Source: an uncultured virus (IMG/VR IMGVR_UViG_3300022689_000310) (lineage: Duplodnaviria; Heunggongvirae; Uroviricota; Caudoviricetes). From it: 64,000 bases of DNA. The notes beneath the pieces are model-generated. The model searched no databases. It was not told where the DNA came from and worked only from the letters and a program-made list of their open reading frames with translations. Shown piece by piece: positions 19,044 through 29,321 of this stretch (position 1 is the stretch's first letter; every line of letters starts with the position of its first letter). Made by a program: the position numbers and the translations under genes. The stretch lies in the IMG/VR virus record IMGVR_UViG_3300022689_000310. One strand, written 5' to 3'.

Positions 19044-20547
19044 GTATAACATCATATATCTCAATAGATAAATACTCTATACATATTTCTACTAAAGAAC
19101 CATATGAACTGTAATTATTTATTTCGTTATCACCTGATATATTAGATATAGGCCAAGAGGAATTAAATTCGTTCCAGAATATACCCATTTGTATAGAAAT
19201 ATTATTATTAAGCTGTATGTCTTGAGGTAGTTCTAAATAATAAATATTAGTATTATTTAAACTGTTAGATGTATCTAAAATTACACCTTTAAATAACTCT
19301 ATATGATTCTCACTTAGAATTCTTATCCATAAATAACCATTATATTTACCCTCCTGCCAATTTATATGATTAGGATTATAAATTTTACTTGAGTTAGAAC
19401 CAAGATTTATCTTAACTTTATACCTTCTAATAGTATCTCCATTACTACTTGGTGAATTATCTAAATATGGTAATAACCTTGGTAGATAGTACCATCCATC
19501 AAGTTTACTTAAGATTATAGAATAAGAATAATTACCGGTTCCCCAAAATATTATTGAAGATTTGAATAACCATTTACCAGATCTTTCTAGAGTAAGATAT
19601 CTATTATCTGCTTCTATTTCAGTTAATAAAGTTTCTCCTCTAATAGTTAAATCTCTTTCGAAATTCCATACTTGTATAGAATTATCATATGAAAGTATTA
19701 AATCTCCTGATTCTAATATATTTGGTTCTCCTCCAATAAAAAACTTATAACTATTAGGACTTCTAAAAAATAGACCGCCTGATTCCTTTCCTATATTAAT
19801 GTTCTCTATATTTGAGAAGGATATTATATCAGAAGAAGAAGTATTAAATTGTATGGGAGTATATATATTTATCTCCTCAGATCCTAAATTTAAGATATTA
19901 TTTCCATCTCTCTTGAAAGATATTTCTTCTAACTCTTGTGAATCTATATTTATTATTAATTCTTGTGAGCCCGTATTTTTATAAATATAAGAGTTATATA
20001 TATTATCAAATCTTATATATGAACCATCTATTATATATAAATCCCCTTTGAACCATATATTACCGGTAGTACCTTCTACACTAAATAGATTATCATTATC
20101 CCAAATCACCCATTCTCTTTCTGTATCTATCTTCCTACCAATACTACCTTTACCCCAAGGGGTTCTCTCATTAGGAATCTTGATGAGATATTCATCCCAA
20201 TGAGAGTTGATATCTATATGATATACTAATCCTTTAATATTTGATTCTTCATTATTAGAAGTAAATAAATCACTTTCATTTATGATCTTAAAGGCATTTA
20301 ATTGATAACCATTAAATAATAAACTATTAAAGGCGGTTCCTTCTTTTTCTAAATATTTATCTTCTAGATATATACCATTTTCTTTTATATTACCATCTTC
20401 AATTATTATATCCCCTTCAATATTAATAGGACCTGACCAGATTTCTGATGTATTAGGAGAAAAAGTATCAGGTATATTCTCTATATCTGTCCATTTAATA
20501 CTTGGAATATTTATTATATCTTCCCATCTTATTACTAAGTTAGGCAT
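19036..20547 (-). CDS. Tail fibre-like protein sharing its C-terminal domain with 17262-19043
   Basis: N-terminal WEDIINIP/WTDIENIP repeats; C-terminal GIFWNEFNSSWPISNISGD versus GIFWDELSDSWPSSNISGD in the partner. Confidence 0.7.
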   Translation of the reverse strand: MPNLVIRWEDIINIPSIKWTDIENIPDTFSPNTSEIWSGPINIEGDIIIEDGNIKENGIYLEDKYLEKEGTAFNSLLFNGYQLNAFKIINESDLFTSNNEESNIKGLVYHIDINSHWDEYLIKIPNERTPWGKGSIGRKIDTEREWVIWDNDNLFSVEGTTGNIWFKGDLYIIDGSYIRFDNIYNSYIYKNTGSQELIINIDSQELEEISFKRDGNNILNLGSEEINIYTPIQFNTSSSDIISFSNIENINIGKESGGLFFRSPNSYKFFIGGEPNILESGDLILSYDNSIQVWNFERDLTIRGETLLTEIEADNRYLTLERSGKWLFKSSIIFWGTGNYSYSIILSKLDGWYYLPRLLPYLDNSPSSNGDTIRRYKVKINLGSNSSKIYNPNHINWQEGKYNGYLWIRILSENHIELFKGVILDTSNSLNNTNIYYLELPQDIQLNNNISIQMGIFWNEFNSSWPISNISGDNEINNYSSYGSLVEICIEYLSIEIYDVIPN

Positions 20548-20737
20548 CTTTATTATTACTAATATATTTTAATAAAAATTCATATTGTTCCATATCAAGT
20601 CTCATTAATACTGGGTTCCTTTGTGTGAAGTCTAAAACACAATGACCCATTGCCATTTTTAGTACTCTTTTTACTCTTTCTTCATCTTTAATATCAGTAT
20701 TTTGAGAAGTTATTAAATCTGTTTTTATGTCAGTCAT
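20540..20737 (-). CDS. Small hypothetical protein
   Basis: 65 aa, AAGGA RBS, overlaps the start of the next gene. Confidence 0.55.
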   Translation of the reverse strand: MTDIKTDLITSQNTDIKDEERVKRVLKMAMGHCVLDFTQRNPVLMRLDMEQYEFLLKYISNNKDA

Positions 20738-20841
20738 CTTACTATCCTTTAATAAAATTAATCTTTAGTGATTCTTTTATTCTTTTTCTTTTTAATCTTC
20801 TTTCCGTCAATAAATCTCTTAATTTATCTTGGACTTTATAT

Positions 20842-23544
20842 TTATTTATCATTTACTTCACTTATGTATTTTATGTATTCTCTTATTTCTTCTTTTAATT
20901 CTCCAGTTTCTTTATTAAAAATATTATTACTTAAACTATTCATATTCTTTAATAAATAATATTTATCTCCAATATCATTATTTACATATAACCATTCGGT
21001 ATATTTAGTAATCCTTACTTCTTTACTATATATATTAATATAAATTGATATAGAGGATTGTATATGATTCAATATTGAATTTAATCTCTTACTTTTATAA
21101 ATATAAGGATTTACATCATTACCAAATAAAGGAGTATTTTCTTTTATATCTAAAATATTTAATAAAACTTTTAGATATTCATTATTTAATAACTTTTTTA
21201 ATGAAGTCTCTAATTTAATGGTATATTTATTTAATTCTTCTTCGATTAAATATATATACTTTATACATTCTATTTTTAAATTATAAGTACTTCTTACTAA
21301 TGAGTAAAAAGAAATAATTAATTTTGGGTCCTTCTTATATATAAACTTATATACTCTATTCATGTATTCCTTAGATTCTATAAGAATATATCCACTATCT
21401 TTTAACACTTCTAATCCTTTAGAAGAAATAATATATAACTTTTTTCTTCTATTCTTTCTATTTAATATATGACCGGCCAACCATAAATCAATAATATGAT
21501 AATTCCATGTATTATTTTTGGTATGCTCATGATAATAAATAATATGGGGTAAATATTTAAACTCTAATTTAGAAATACTTTCCGAATATTCATTCAACTT
21601 TATATTATTTAATCTATATCCAGGATAACGGTCTATATAATCTAAAAGTTTTTCCTCTTTTAAAACTTTTATAGAACCAGGTGATAATTTATTTAATGCT
21701 TTTTTTTTATAATCTTTATCCTGTATAACTATTTCACATCCTAACAAATAACTACCTAAAGATTTATATATAATATTTAAATTTATTAAATTCTTTTCTA
21801 TAATTAATATAAAAGGAATATCTCCATCTAGATAACTTAATTTACTTCTTATATATTTTATAGAAGTACCATTAGAAATAATTACCTTTAACCTTTGATG
21901 TAATACCAATTCTAAAAATAATTTACACGTTCTATTAAAATTAAAACGGTCTTTATTAAGTTTAGATAATGAATTCTTTACATATTTACCTTCTCCTAAA
22001 CATTTAGAAATATTTAAATATACCTTACTCTTAATATCTAATACATTTAAAGGACCTATTATATATGAATCGAATGTATTTATTATATACGAGAATATGT
22101 TATATGGATTTACTTCTTGTTTATAATTAAATATATTATTCTTCCAGATAGATTGATTATTGATATAAGATTCTAAAGTAAAATGAAGTTTATATCTATC
22201 AGAATATAACTTTTTTTCTTTATTTCCACCTAATTTTCTATTAAAAAAATCTATTGTATGTAAACAATTTATTATATCTATAAGATTATCTGTAGGGAAA
22301 TTCTGTATTAAATCAATTACTTCTTTCTTTAAACTTATAATCAATTGTTCAACTATTTCTATAATACTTTCTTTAGGTATAATTGATTCATAGTTCATAA
22401 AGGTTCTTATACTATCTAATCTTATCTTTATATATATACTATTCGTAAAAAGTAAGTTAGATAATACAAATCTTAAATTAGTACCTTTTAAATCAATCTC
22501 ATTAATATAATCTCCTAAAAGAACTCCTATTGAACTATATGTATAAAAAGAATTAAATCTAGATAATAATATACTTAATATTTCTCTATATTTCTCAAAG
22601 CAATAATAATCTCCTTTCAAGATTATATTAACTAAGTTATCTTTTTTTATATTAAATTTAGATAATTCTAATTCTTTACTAAAGGTATTAGAAGTATTAT
22701 TTTTAATATATGAACATTTTTCTTCTAAAGATATAATAGATTCTTCATAGCCATTATTAAGAATACGGCTTTCTAGATTATATATATTAGAATAATTATT
22801 ATCCAATAAAAAGAATCCTTCTATGGATTCTTTACTTTTATTTAGATTTATATATCTAGAAGAAGAATAATTCCTTAATAATTTCAATAGAGATATATTA
22901 GTATATATATCTATATCTAATAAAAAAGTACTTTCCAAAGTATAGAGAATTATATCATTTATATTCTTATTCTCTTCTAAGTAAAACTTAACTATTGTTC
23001 CTGTACATTCTTTACTTGATATTGGTTCTTGTTCTTCTAATGCTTTTATATAACATGGTATGCCTGACTCATTAATAAATAGAATATATATCGTCTTATA
23101 TAAATCTCCATTTATATAATGAAAGCTATTAATAAATATATGTTCTATATTTAAAAAGAATAAATAACAAATACCTATACCATAGTGAGGTATATATTGA
23201 TTAGATTTAGAAGAGATACCAAATTTACTAAAATATTTATTCATTATATTATCATCTATTCCTATCCCATAATCCCGAATAGATAATAAAAGATTATTAG
23301 AAGGGGAATTAGTTATATTTTCATCTCTATTTATCCAAATATCTAATCTATTAATATTATTAGAACGAGAAGCGTCTACTGCATTATATATAATTTCTGT
23401 TATTGCACTCCTAACAGGATTCTTACAATCCTTCTTTAATAAATTAAGAAAAAGACTAAAAGTTTGTTTATTATTGCATAAAGAAAATTCTACTTCCCCT
23501 TCAAGATTAGAATAAATAGCTTTCTCTCTTTTACTCCCCTTCAT
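20842..23544 (-). CDS. rIIA-like GHKL (HSP90-type) ATPase protein, paralogue 2
   Basis: EIIYNAVDAS, IRDYGIGI, SSK...YGIG, GTIVK; colinear similarity to 40050-42965. Confidence 0.75.
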   Translation of the reverse strand: MKGSKREKAIYSNLEGEVEFSLCNNKQTFSLFLNLLKKDCKNPVRSAITEIIYNAVDASRSNNINRLDIWINRDENITNSPSNNLLLSIRDYGIGIDDNIMNKYFSKFGISSKSNQYIPHYGIGICYLFFLNIEHIFINSFHYINGDLYKTIYILFINESGIPCYIKALEEQEPISSKECTGTIVKFYLEENKNINDIILYTLESTFLLDIDIYTNISLLKLLRNYSSSRYINLNKSKESIEGFFLLDNNYSNIYNLESRILNNGYEESIISLEEKCSYIKNNTSNTFSKELELSKFNIKKDNLVNIILKGDYYCFEKYREILSILLSRFNSFYTYSSIGVLLGDYINEIDLKGTNLRFVLSNLLFTNSIYIKIRLDSIRTFMNYESIIPKESIIEIVEQLIISLKKEVIDLIQNFPTDNLIDIINCLHTIDFFNRKLGGNKEKKLYSDRYKLHFTLESYINNQSIWKNNIFNYKQEVNPYNIFSYIINTFDSYIIGPLNVLDIKSKVYLNISKCLGEGKYVKNSLSKLNKDRFNFNRTCKLFLELVLHQRLKVIISNGTSIKYIRSKLSYLDGDIPFILIIEKNLINLNIIYKSLGSYLLGCEIVIQDKDYKKKALNKLSPGSIKVLKEEKLLDYIDRYPGYRLNNIKLNEYSESISKLEFKYLPHIIYYHEHTKNNTWNYHIIDLWLAGHILNRKNRRKKLYIISSKGLEVLKDSGYILIESKEYMNRVYKFIYKKDPKLIISFYSLVRSTYNLKIECIKYIYLIEEELNKYTIKLETSLKKLLNNEYLKVLLNILDIKENTPLFGNDVNPYIYKSKRLNSILNHIQSSISIYINIYSKEVRITKYTEWLYVNNDIGDKYYLLKNMNSLSNNIFNKETGELKEEIREYIKYISEVNDK

Positions 23545-23575
23545 GAAAATTCTTTTATCCTTAGAGTTTTAACTA

Positions 23576-24367
23576 TTATTTATCTATAAAATGTACCCAA
23601 AAAGATCCATCAGGAATACATAATCTTTTTATCATGTCATAACTATATAATAAATTCTCTCCACTTAGATCAGTCCTATAACCATTTGGAAACCATTCTC
23701 CATAAGGATCATTTACATAGAATCCTTTCTCATTAAATCCTCTTACAGCAATAATATGACCAAAACTAGTAAAGTATCCGTGTATTATAAGGGGCATATC
23801 TTTCTGATATATATGCTTTTTACAATCACTGATAGTACAATGAGTTTTGAAATCATCTATAAAACCATACTGTCTAATAACTTTAGCTAGATCATGTGGG
23901 CTATGTCTACTTAAACCATTATCAATCATATAATTATATAATTCATCTTCCAATTGTGTATATTTACCTGAAGGTCTAATCCCCAAATAATATAAACACA
24001 TAGCTACAGAAGTTACATTACAAGAACCAGTAGGGTTATAAAAGTTATCTAATTGACTAAAATGAGGTAAATCAATTGAATATTGATTTGGATATGGATA
24101 ATCCTTATCAATAACTAAATCTTTATTAGAACCATTATGTTTAGTAACTGATACATGAGGTTCATATAAAAAGAACTTTTTATAATCTTTAAAAATAGAA
24201 TTAGATTCTACTTCTACCAGAATATGCTCATTTCTAGTCTCTTCTATGGATATAGCTTGGAAACTCTCTCCTTTATTAAAAGGTTTTATATCATCTTCAT
24301 TTAGCTCAGAAGACTGTAAAGGTGATGATTTAAAGAGAGTATTAATAATAGAATTAATAGTATACAT
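23576..24367 (-). CDS. C39-like cysteine peptidase, probable endolysin or cell-wall hydrolase
   Basis: QLDN..GSCNVTSVAM (Gln/Cys), GHIIAVRG (His), VNDPYGEW (Asp), plus an N-terminal cyanobacterial-style module (TLFKSSPLQSSEL). Confidence 0.8.
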   Translation of the reverse strand: MYTINSIINTLFKSSPLQSSELNEDDIKPFNKGESFQAISIEETRNEHILVEVESNSIFKDYKKFFLYEPHVSVTKHNGSNKDLVIDKDYPYPNQYSIDLPHFSQLDNFYNPTGSCNVTSVAMCLYYLGIRPSGKYTQLEDELYNYMIDNGLSRHSPHDLAKVIRQYGFIDDFKTHCTISDCKKHIYQKDMPLIIHGYFTSFGHIIAVRGFNEKGFYVNDPYGEWFPNGYRTDLSGENLLYSYDMIKRLCIPDGSFWVHFIDK

Positions 24368-24376
24368 ATAATATCT

Positions 24377-25807
24377 TTAGTTTATTTCAGTTATAAATAA
24401 TGACCCTCCAGTAGCATCATATGGTACTGAATTATATCCTCCTTCTCTATATGGAAAAGTCTTTTTATCGGCAGTATTAAAAGTAGTACCCATAATGGAT
24501 ATAGGTCCTAATTCGACACTAAACTCTAAGAATTTACTTCCTGCTGTAGTATTACCAGGTCCAGTAACATTAATAATAGTTGGGGTGGCTGGAGTATTAG
24601 TCTGATTTAATAAATATAATACAGTATTAGGAGTATTAATATCTCCTATATAATCTCTTATTTCTTGAAGAGTTAAGTTATTAATAGATAAGAGATTTAA
24701 TAGAGTATTAGGAGTCCCAATATCTCCTATAAGATCAATTATTTCTTGAGTTATCAAGAGGAGATCATTATTTAAATTAATTAAATATAATAAAGTATCC
24801 GGAGTATTAATATCTCCAATAGAAGTTATTATATCTTCAATCCTATTTATTATTATATTAAATAAATCATTTGTATTATTCTGTACTACATAAGTAGAAA
24901 TAGTATTAGGGTTTAGACTTTCCAAACCAGTAGAATCTACTGCAAGATATTCAATAAGGACTTGACCATTATAGTCAGGGTCAGTTATAAGTATAAGATC
25001 ATTTATCTGATCTATAGGTATTAAATCTCCTGCAACAATAGGAACACCTCTAAGTGTCAATTCTCCTTGTTCAGGTGGAGGTAAAGTTACTATTCTATAT
25101 CCAACTATTTCTTCACCTAATAAGGGACTATAACCAATTAAGTTATTAATATTTATATTCTCTCCTTGTCCAACTATTCCTAAATCTATAGGAGCTACGA
25201 GGGGTTCAAAGTTATTAGGAGGATTTATACCACCAGGAGGAATCTTACTATAAGTACCAGTAATAACAATCTGTTGATTTTGTCTTATTAATAAAGTATT
25301 ATTACTATTAATAGGACTCCAAGTTAATAATGGATCTGGTTCATTATTAACAATAAAGAGATCTCCTGATAAAACAGAAATATTATATAGACCCCCTCCC
25401 ATTACTCCAGCGTTTCTTTCACCAATAAGTAAAGTATATCTAGTATCAATAGTACCATGTTTAGCTACTCTACTAGGATCATAACGGGTTTTATCAAATT
25501 GTTTAAGTTTATTAGTAGTTTCTAATCTAATTTGTCTTAGACGACCTCCTTTATTATGCGTATATTCCATGACCCAAGGATGTAATTCTCCAGCTGTCAA
25601 TACATATCCATAATCAGAAGTAATAGTCAAAACAGGTACAGATCCATGATATATAACAGCGGATAAAGGTATCCATTCTGTTTCACCAGTACTTATATCA
25701 TAAGTAAATATTTCTTGTCCTAAAGTTAAATCCCCTTTTATATAATCATAAAAGTTCTTCCATCCATTTCTAGTTAATATATCTGTATCTAGAGGTATTC
25801 CTGACAT
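24377..25807 (-). CDS. Hint-domain, cadherin/Ig-like and repeat protein (probable virion protein)
   Basis: GIPLDTDILTRNGWK (block A-like), TAGELHPW (block B), RQNQQIVITGT (block G-like), cadherin-like IVTLP..GELTL..DPDYNG, three IGDIxTP repeats. Confidence 0.7.
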   Translation of the reverse strand: MSGIPLDTDILTRNGWKNFYDYIKGDLTLGQEIFTYDISTGETEWIPLSAVIYHGSVPVLTITSDYGYVLTAGELHPWVMEYTHNKGGRLRQIRLETTNKLKQFDKTRYDPSRVAKHGTIDTRYTLLIGERNAGVMGGGLYNISVLSGDLFIVNNEPDPLLTWSPINSNNTLLIRQNQQIVITGTYSKIPPGGINPPNNFEPLVAPIDLGIVGQGENININNLIGYSPLLGEEIVGYRIVTLPPPEQGELTLRGVPIVAGDLIPIDQINDLILITDPDYNGQVLIEYLAVDSTGLESLNPNTISTYVVQNNTNDLFNIIINRIEDIITSIGDINTPDTLLYLINLNNDLLLITQEIIDLIGDIGTPNTLLNLLSINNLTLQEIRDYIGDINTPNTVLYLLNQTNTPATPTIINVTGPGNTTAGSKFLEFSVELGPISIMGTTFNTADKKTFPYREGGYNSVPYDATGGSLFITEIN

Positions 25808-25837
25808 AATATTTATATAAATTATTTTTATTAAAAT

Positions 25838-25864
25838 AACAGTTAGATAATAAATCTAACTGTT
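25838..25864. promoter_or_regulatory. Intergenic palindrome
   Basis: AACAGTTAGAT-aataa-ATCTAACTGTT perfect 11-bp inverted repeat. Confidence 0.5.
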
Positions 25865-25886
25865 TACGTATATATATATATATAAG

Positions 25887-26393
25887 TTATACTATTTTAT
25901 TCGAGGATATTGTTTTTATCTTTTTATGTGTAGATAAATTCTTTATAGCAAGACTATATAAATAATTACAAGCCATAACATCATTAATACTTCCATACTT
26001 CCTATAAGATAAATCATCTTGCGATTGTACAAATATATAATATATATTTCTTTTATCCTTTCTCCATTTACTATATCTCCTTTTATATTTTATTGAGAAG
26101 GTAGTTTTCTTCTTAAATTTTATCCATTCACTTGTATATCTAAACCAGTCTTTAAATGTTAAAGGTAAAAGACTTATATCATATTTATCACAAATAATAC
26201 TAGATATATATAAACATTGAAGATAATCAAGATTATGAGGAAAAGTATATAAATGTTCTCCTAATATAGTCACTAATATTTTATTATGATTCTCATTCTT
26301 CACACATAAACCCAATTTCCTTATATATGAATTAGTACTCCCTCCTATGTCTAAATGTTCATCTAAATGACCAATACAGTCCTCTGTATTCAT
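25887..26393 (-). CDS. Hypothetical protein
   Basis: 168-aa ORF translationally coupled to the upstream gene (ATGA overlap). Confidence 0.6.
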   Translation of the reverse strand: MNTEDCIGHLDEHLDIGGSTNSYIRKLGLCVKNENHNKILVTILGEHLYTFPHNLDYLQCLYISSIICDKYDISLLPLTFKDWFRYTSEWIKFKKKTTFSIKYKRRYSKWRKDKRNIYYIFVQSQDDLSYRKYGSINDVMACNYLYSLAIKNLSTHKKIKTISSNKIV

Positions 26394-27262
26394 AGAATAT
26401 TTTCCCTTTTAAACTTAAGGTGATGTAGATCTAAATTTGGGTCTAATGTATTTATGCTATCTACCAAGTAATTGGAATTAACTTCTGCCTTTAAACCTCT
26501 CATAGAATTCTCCAGAGTTTGTAGTGTTGATCGTTTTTCATCTTCTTCATTTATATCTGTCAAGTATAAATCTAATAAACTACTTGGTATTTCAATACTA
26601 TTAACTTTATCTAAAATATCCTTCTTCTTATCTTCTAATATTTTATGTAATATTAATATCTCCTTTCCTAATTTATTATTTGCTACTAACTTTGATGCTT
26701 GACTTATATTCATTTCAGTAGTAGGTATTAATATATCTCCTATAGATAAATCAAAATCATATTTACTTGATTTACTTATTAACTTAAATAAAAGTAAGAA
26801 TGATATATATCTTTCAAATATAGGAGATTGAGTTTTAGTATCTTTTAAGGTGTCTCTATATATAAATTCTATATACTGATCTACTAACTTTTTATTTATA
26901 AAACTTCCTTTATTTGCCCATAAGAAATCTAAAGAACTCTTTCTTAAGGAAGTACTATTAACTATTTCAAATAATAAACTACTTTCACCTTCTACTAAAA
27001 TTCCTAAGAATTGGTCTAAATCTATAAAATAATAATTCTCTTTTGTATCTATTAATTTAAATATGGGTTTGAAGTTATTTATATACCAACTATTATTAAA
27101 ACTATCTGGACTCCAATATATAGTAATCCTCAATCTCTTCCTTATATTTGGTAATTTACATCCATAATCTTCTTCAGTAAACTTAAACTCTCTTATAGTT
27201 TTACTGTATAGATATGTATGAATCATACTACCTTTACCAATTTCACATATATTCTTTATCAT
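26390..27262 (-). CDS. Hypothetical protein
   Basis: 290-aa ORF in a minus-strand operon. Confidence 0.65.
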   Translation of the reverse strand: MIKNICEIGKGSMIHTYLYSKTIREFKFTEEDYGCKLPNIRKRLRITIYWSPDSFNNSWYINNFKPIFKLIDTKENYYFIDLDQFLGILVEGESSLLFEIVNSTSLRKSSLDFLWANKGSFINKKLVDQYIEFIYRDTLKDTKTQSPIFERYISFLLLFKLISKSSKYDFDLSIGDILIPTTEMNISQASKLVANNKLGKEILILHKILEDKKKDILDKVNSIEIPSSLLDLYLTDINEEDEKRSTLQTLENSMRGLKAEVNSNYLVDSINTLDPNLDLHHLKFKRENIL

Positions 27263-27302
27263 TTGTATTACCTATTCTATTATTACAATATCTTTATCTT
27301 TA

Positions 27303-27974
27303 TTATGTAGACCAATCTATCTCTTCAATTCCTTTTGCTTTTAATTTTTTATTACAATCACTAAATATATTACTACCTATAAATTTATTAAATTCTCCCC
27401 TAGCTGCAGGATGACTAGTCTCTAATATTTCATTATATATACTATCTTTTATAAGAGGTTTTACTTCTTTTGCTTTATTTCCCCATAACATAAATATCTT
27501 ATATCTTTCTATATCACTTAGAACTTCTATTATTAAGTTTGTTAACCCTTCCCATCCTTTATTATAATGACTATTTGGTCTATTCTCTATTACACTTAAT
27601 ACTCTATTCATTAATAAAACACCTTGATTGGCCCAATTATCTAATTTATAATTTCTATTATTTATACCTTCTGTTCTAAATATCTCTTCAAATATAACTC
27701 CTAATGATTTAGTTTTTATCTTACTACTAAAAGCCAATCCATCAGCACATCCATTAAAATAAGGATCTTGACCTATAATAATAACCTTTACTTTATTTAA
27801 CAAACAGATATCAAAAGCTTTAAATATATCTTTATTACTAGGATATATTTTATAAGGTTTTTTCTCTCTTTCTTCTTTTAGAAATTCTTTTAATCTAACT
27901 CCTTCAATAGTATTTTTAAAATAATAACTTAGAATATCTTCCCATCTGTTATAACCAAAATTTGAAGATGTCAT
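27303..27974 (-). CDS. ung: Uracil-DNA glycosylase family 1
   Basis: VKVIIIGQDPY, GLAFS, WANQGVLLMN, FMLWG, TSHPAA. Confidence 0.95.
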   Translation of the reverse strand: MTSSNFGYNRWEDILSYYFKNTIEGVRLKEFLKEEREKKPYKIYPSNKDIFKAFDICLLNKVKVIIIGQDPYFNGCADGLAFSSKIKTKSLGVIFEEIFRTEGINNRNYKLDNWANQGVLLMNRVLSVIENRPNSHYNKGWEGLTNLIIEVLSDIERYKIFMLWGNKAKEVKPLIKDSIYNEILETSHPAARGEFNKFIGSNIFSDCNKKLKAKGIEEIDWST

Positions 27975-27991
27975 CTTTCTTATTACTTAAA

Positions 27992-28423
27992 TTAAATTTT
28001 TACTAATTTTTTATCTATATCATTTATCTTTTCTAATAAATCTTTATCATACTCATCTCCTTCTATATAGAAATAACATGGTAAATCTAGATCAATATTT
28101 TTATCTATAGCTAACTCCAAATGAACTATTGAACCTTCTTGATATTTCTTTAAGTAACTTTTTATTTTATTAGTATCTATATCTACTAATATTACTTCTA
28201 TATCCTCTAAGTACCTCTTTGGTATCTTAGATACCATAATTTCTTTATTTATATATTTATTATATTTATTATCAATACATAATAATAATTTTTTATATAG
28301 TCCTTTACTATGTTTAATAAGTCTTAATTGTATATCAGTAATATAATCTAAGTAACATATCAATAATCCATATGAATAGTTAGAAGTCATAATTGGGGTT
28401 ATATGTTGTTGTAAATTATTCAT
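27992..28423 (-). CDS. Hypothetical, possibly a degenerate HIGH-fold nucleotidyltransferase
   Basis: GLLICYLDYITDIQLRLI weakly resembles GxFDPIHxGHLxxI but lacks the His residues. Confidence 0.35.
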   Translation of the reverse strand: MNNLQQHITPIMTSNYSYGLLICYLDYITDIQLRLIKHSKGLYKKLLLCIDNKYNKYINKEIMVSKIPKRYLEDIEVILVDIDTNKIKSYLKKYQEGSIVHLELAIDKNIDLDLPCYFYIEGDEYDKDLLEKINDIDKKLVKI

Positions 28424-28463
28424 TTTGACCTTTTTTTAATTTATTCATATTTATTTATATTCC

Positions 28464-28895
28464 TTAATCGAAACCAAACTTTTTGTAAAAGTCAAAAGCT
28501 GTATCTTTATCTATAAAACAAATAATATTATTATCTGTATCTAACCAACCAACTTTACTATTCTTATAATCAGATATACATAAAACATTTATAACAGTAG
28601 ATAAGTAATCAATGTCTAAATCTTTTATATCTGATATATAATATATTGGTAATATATTTGTATATTCTTTATCATGATAAATATATTCTTTATATTTATA
28701 TTTATCATAATTCTCCATAAGATATTTCAATGTTCTAAAAACATTACCCTTTCGATCTATGACCTTGAAGAGATTATCTATATACTTCCATAAAGAAGGG
28801 TGCATATCTTGTATCCAACTACTCTTTTCTATATCTCTATTATAAAGTGTATAAATATTAAATAAAGGATATACAGAGTAGAAATTTCTATACAT
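28464..28895 (-). CDS. Hypothetical protein
   Basis: 143-aa ORF. Confidence 0.6.
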   Translation of the reverse strand: MYRNFYSVYPLFNIYTLYNRDIEKSSWIQDMHPSLWKYIDNLFKVIDRKGNVFRTLKYLMENYDKYKYKEYIYHDKEYTNILPIYYISDIKDLDIDYLSTVINVLCISDYKNSKVGWLDTDNNIICFIDKDTAFDFYKKFGFD

Positions 28896-28959
28896 AATAT
28901 AATTTCTATATCTACTATATCCTTATTATAATATTATTCTATTCTATTTTTATTTATAT

Positions 28960-29310
28960 TTATATTAAATCTTCTAAAGGAGTCTCCTCATCATATTCTT
29001 CTTTTGTACTAATATTTTCATTTGAAGTATCTTCAATTATTTTATTAAGATCCTCATTAGTAGAATCTGTTGTATTTATATCATTAGAATAAGAGATAGA
29101 GGGTATAGATATATTATGAGGAGATGTAGGAGTATTAGTAGTTATATACCATCCTTTATTCTTCCACCATTCAAGATATATTTTTCCATAAGCCTCTAAG
29201 AATTGTCTAAATAAAGTAGTTAAATCATTATATTTACATTTACTATGTATTAATAATTCTTCTATAAGTTTAATCTCTTCTTCATCCTCTATTATTATTT
29301 TATATTCCAT
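28960..29310 (-). CDS. Small protein downstream of the actin gene, possible ParR-like adaptor
   Basis: Beta-helix-helix-like N-terminus and acidic tail; directly follows the ParM-like gene. Confidence 0.4.
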   Translation of the reverse strand: MEYKIIIEDEEEIKLIEELLIHSKCKYNDLTTLFRQFLEAYGKIYLEWWKNKGWYITTNTPTSPHNISIPSISYSNDINTTDSTNEDLNKIIEDTSNENISTKEEYDEETPLEDLI

Positions 29311-29321
29311 TATTATATTAT

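Noticed and set aside
25869..25883. (TA)n tracts in intergenic gaps
   Set aside because: Plausibly background or slippage in very AT-rich DNA; no consistent position or length
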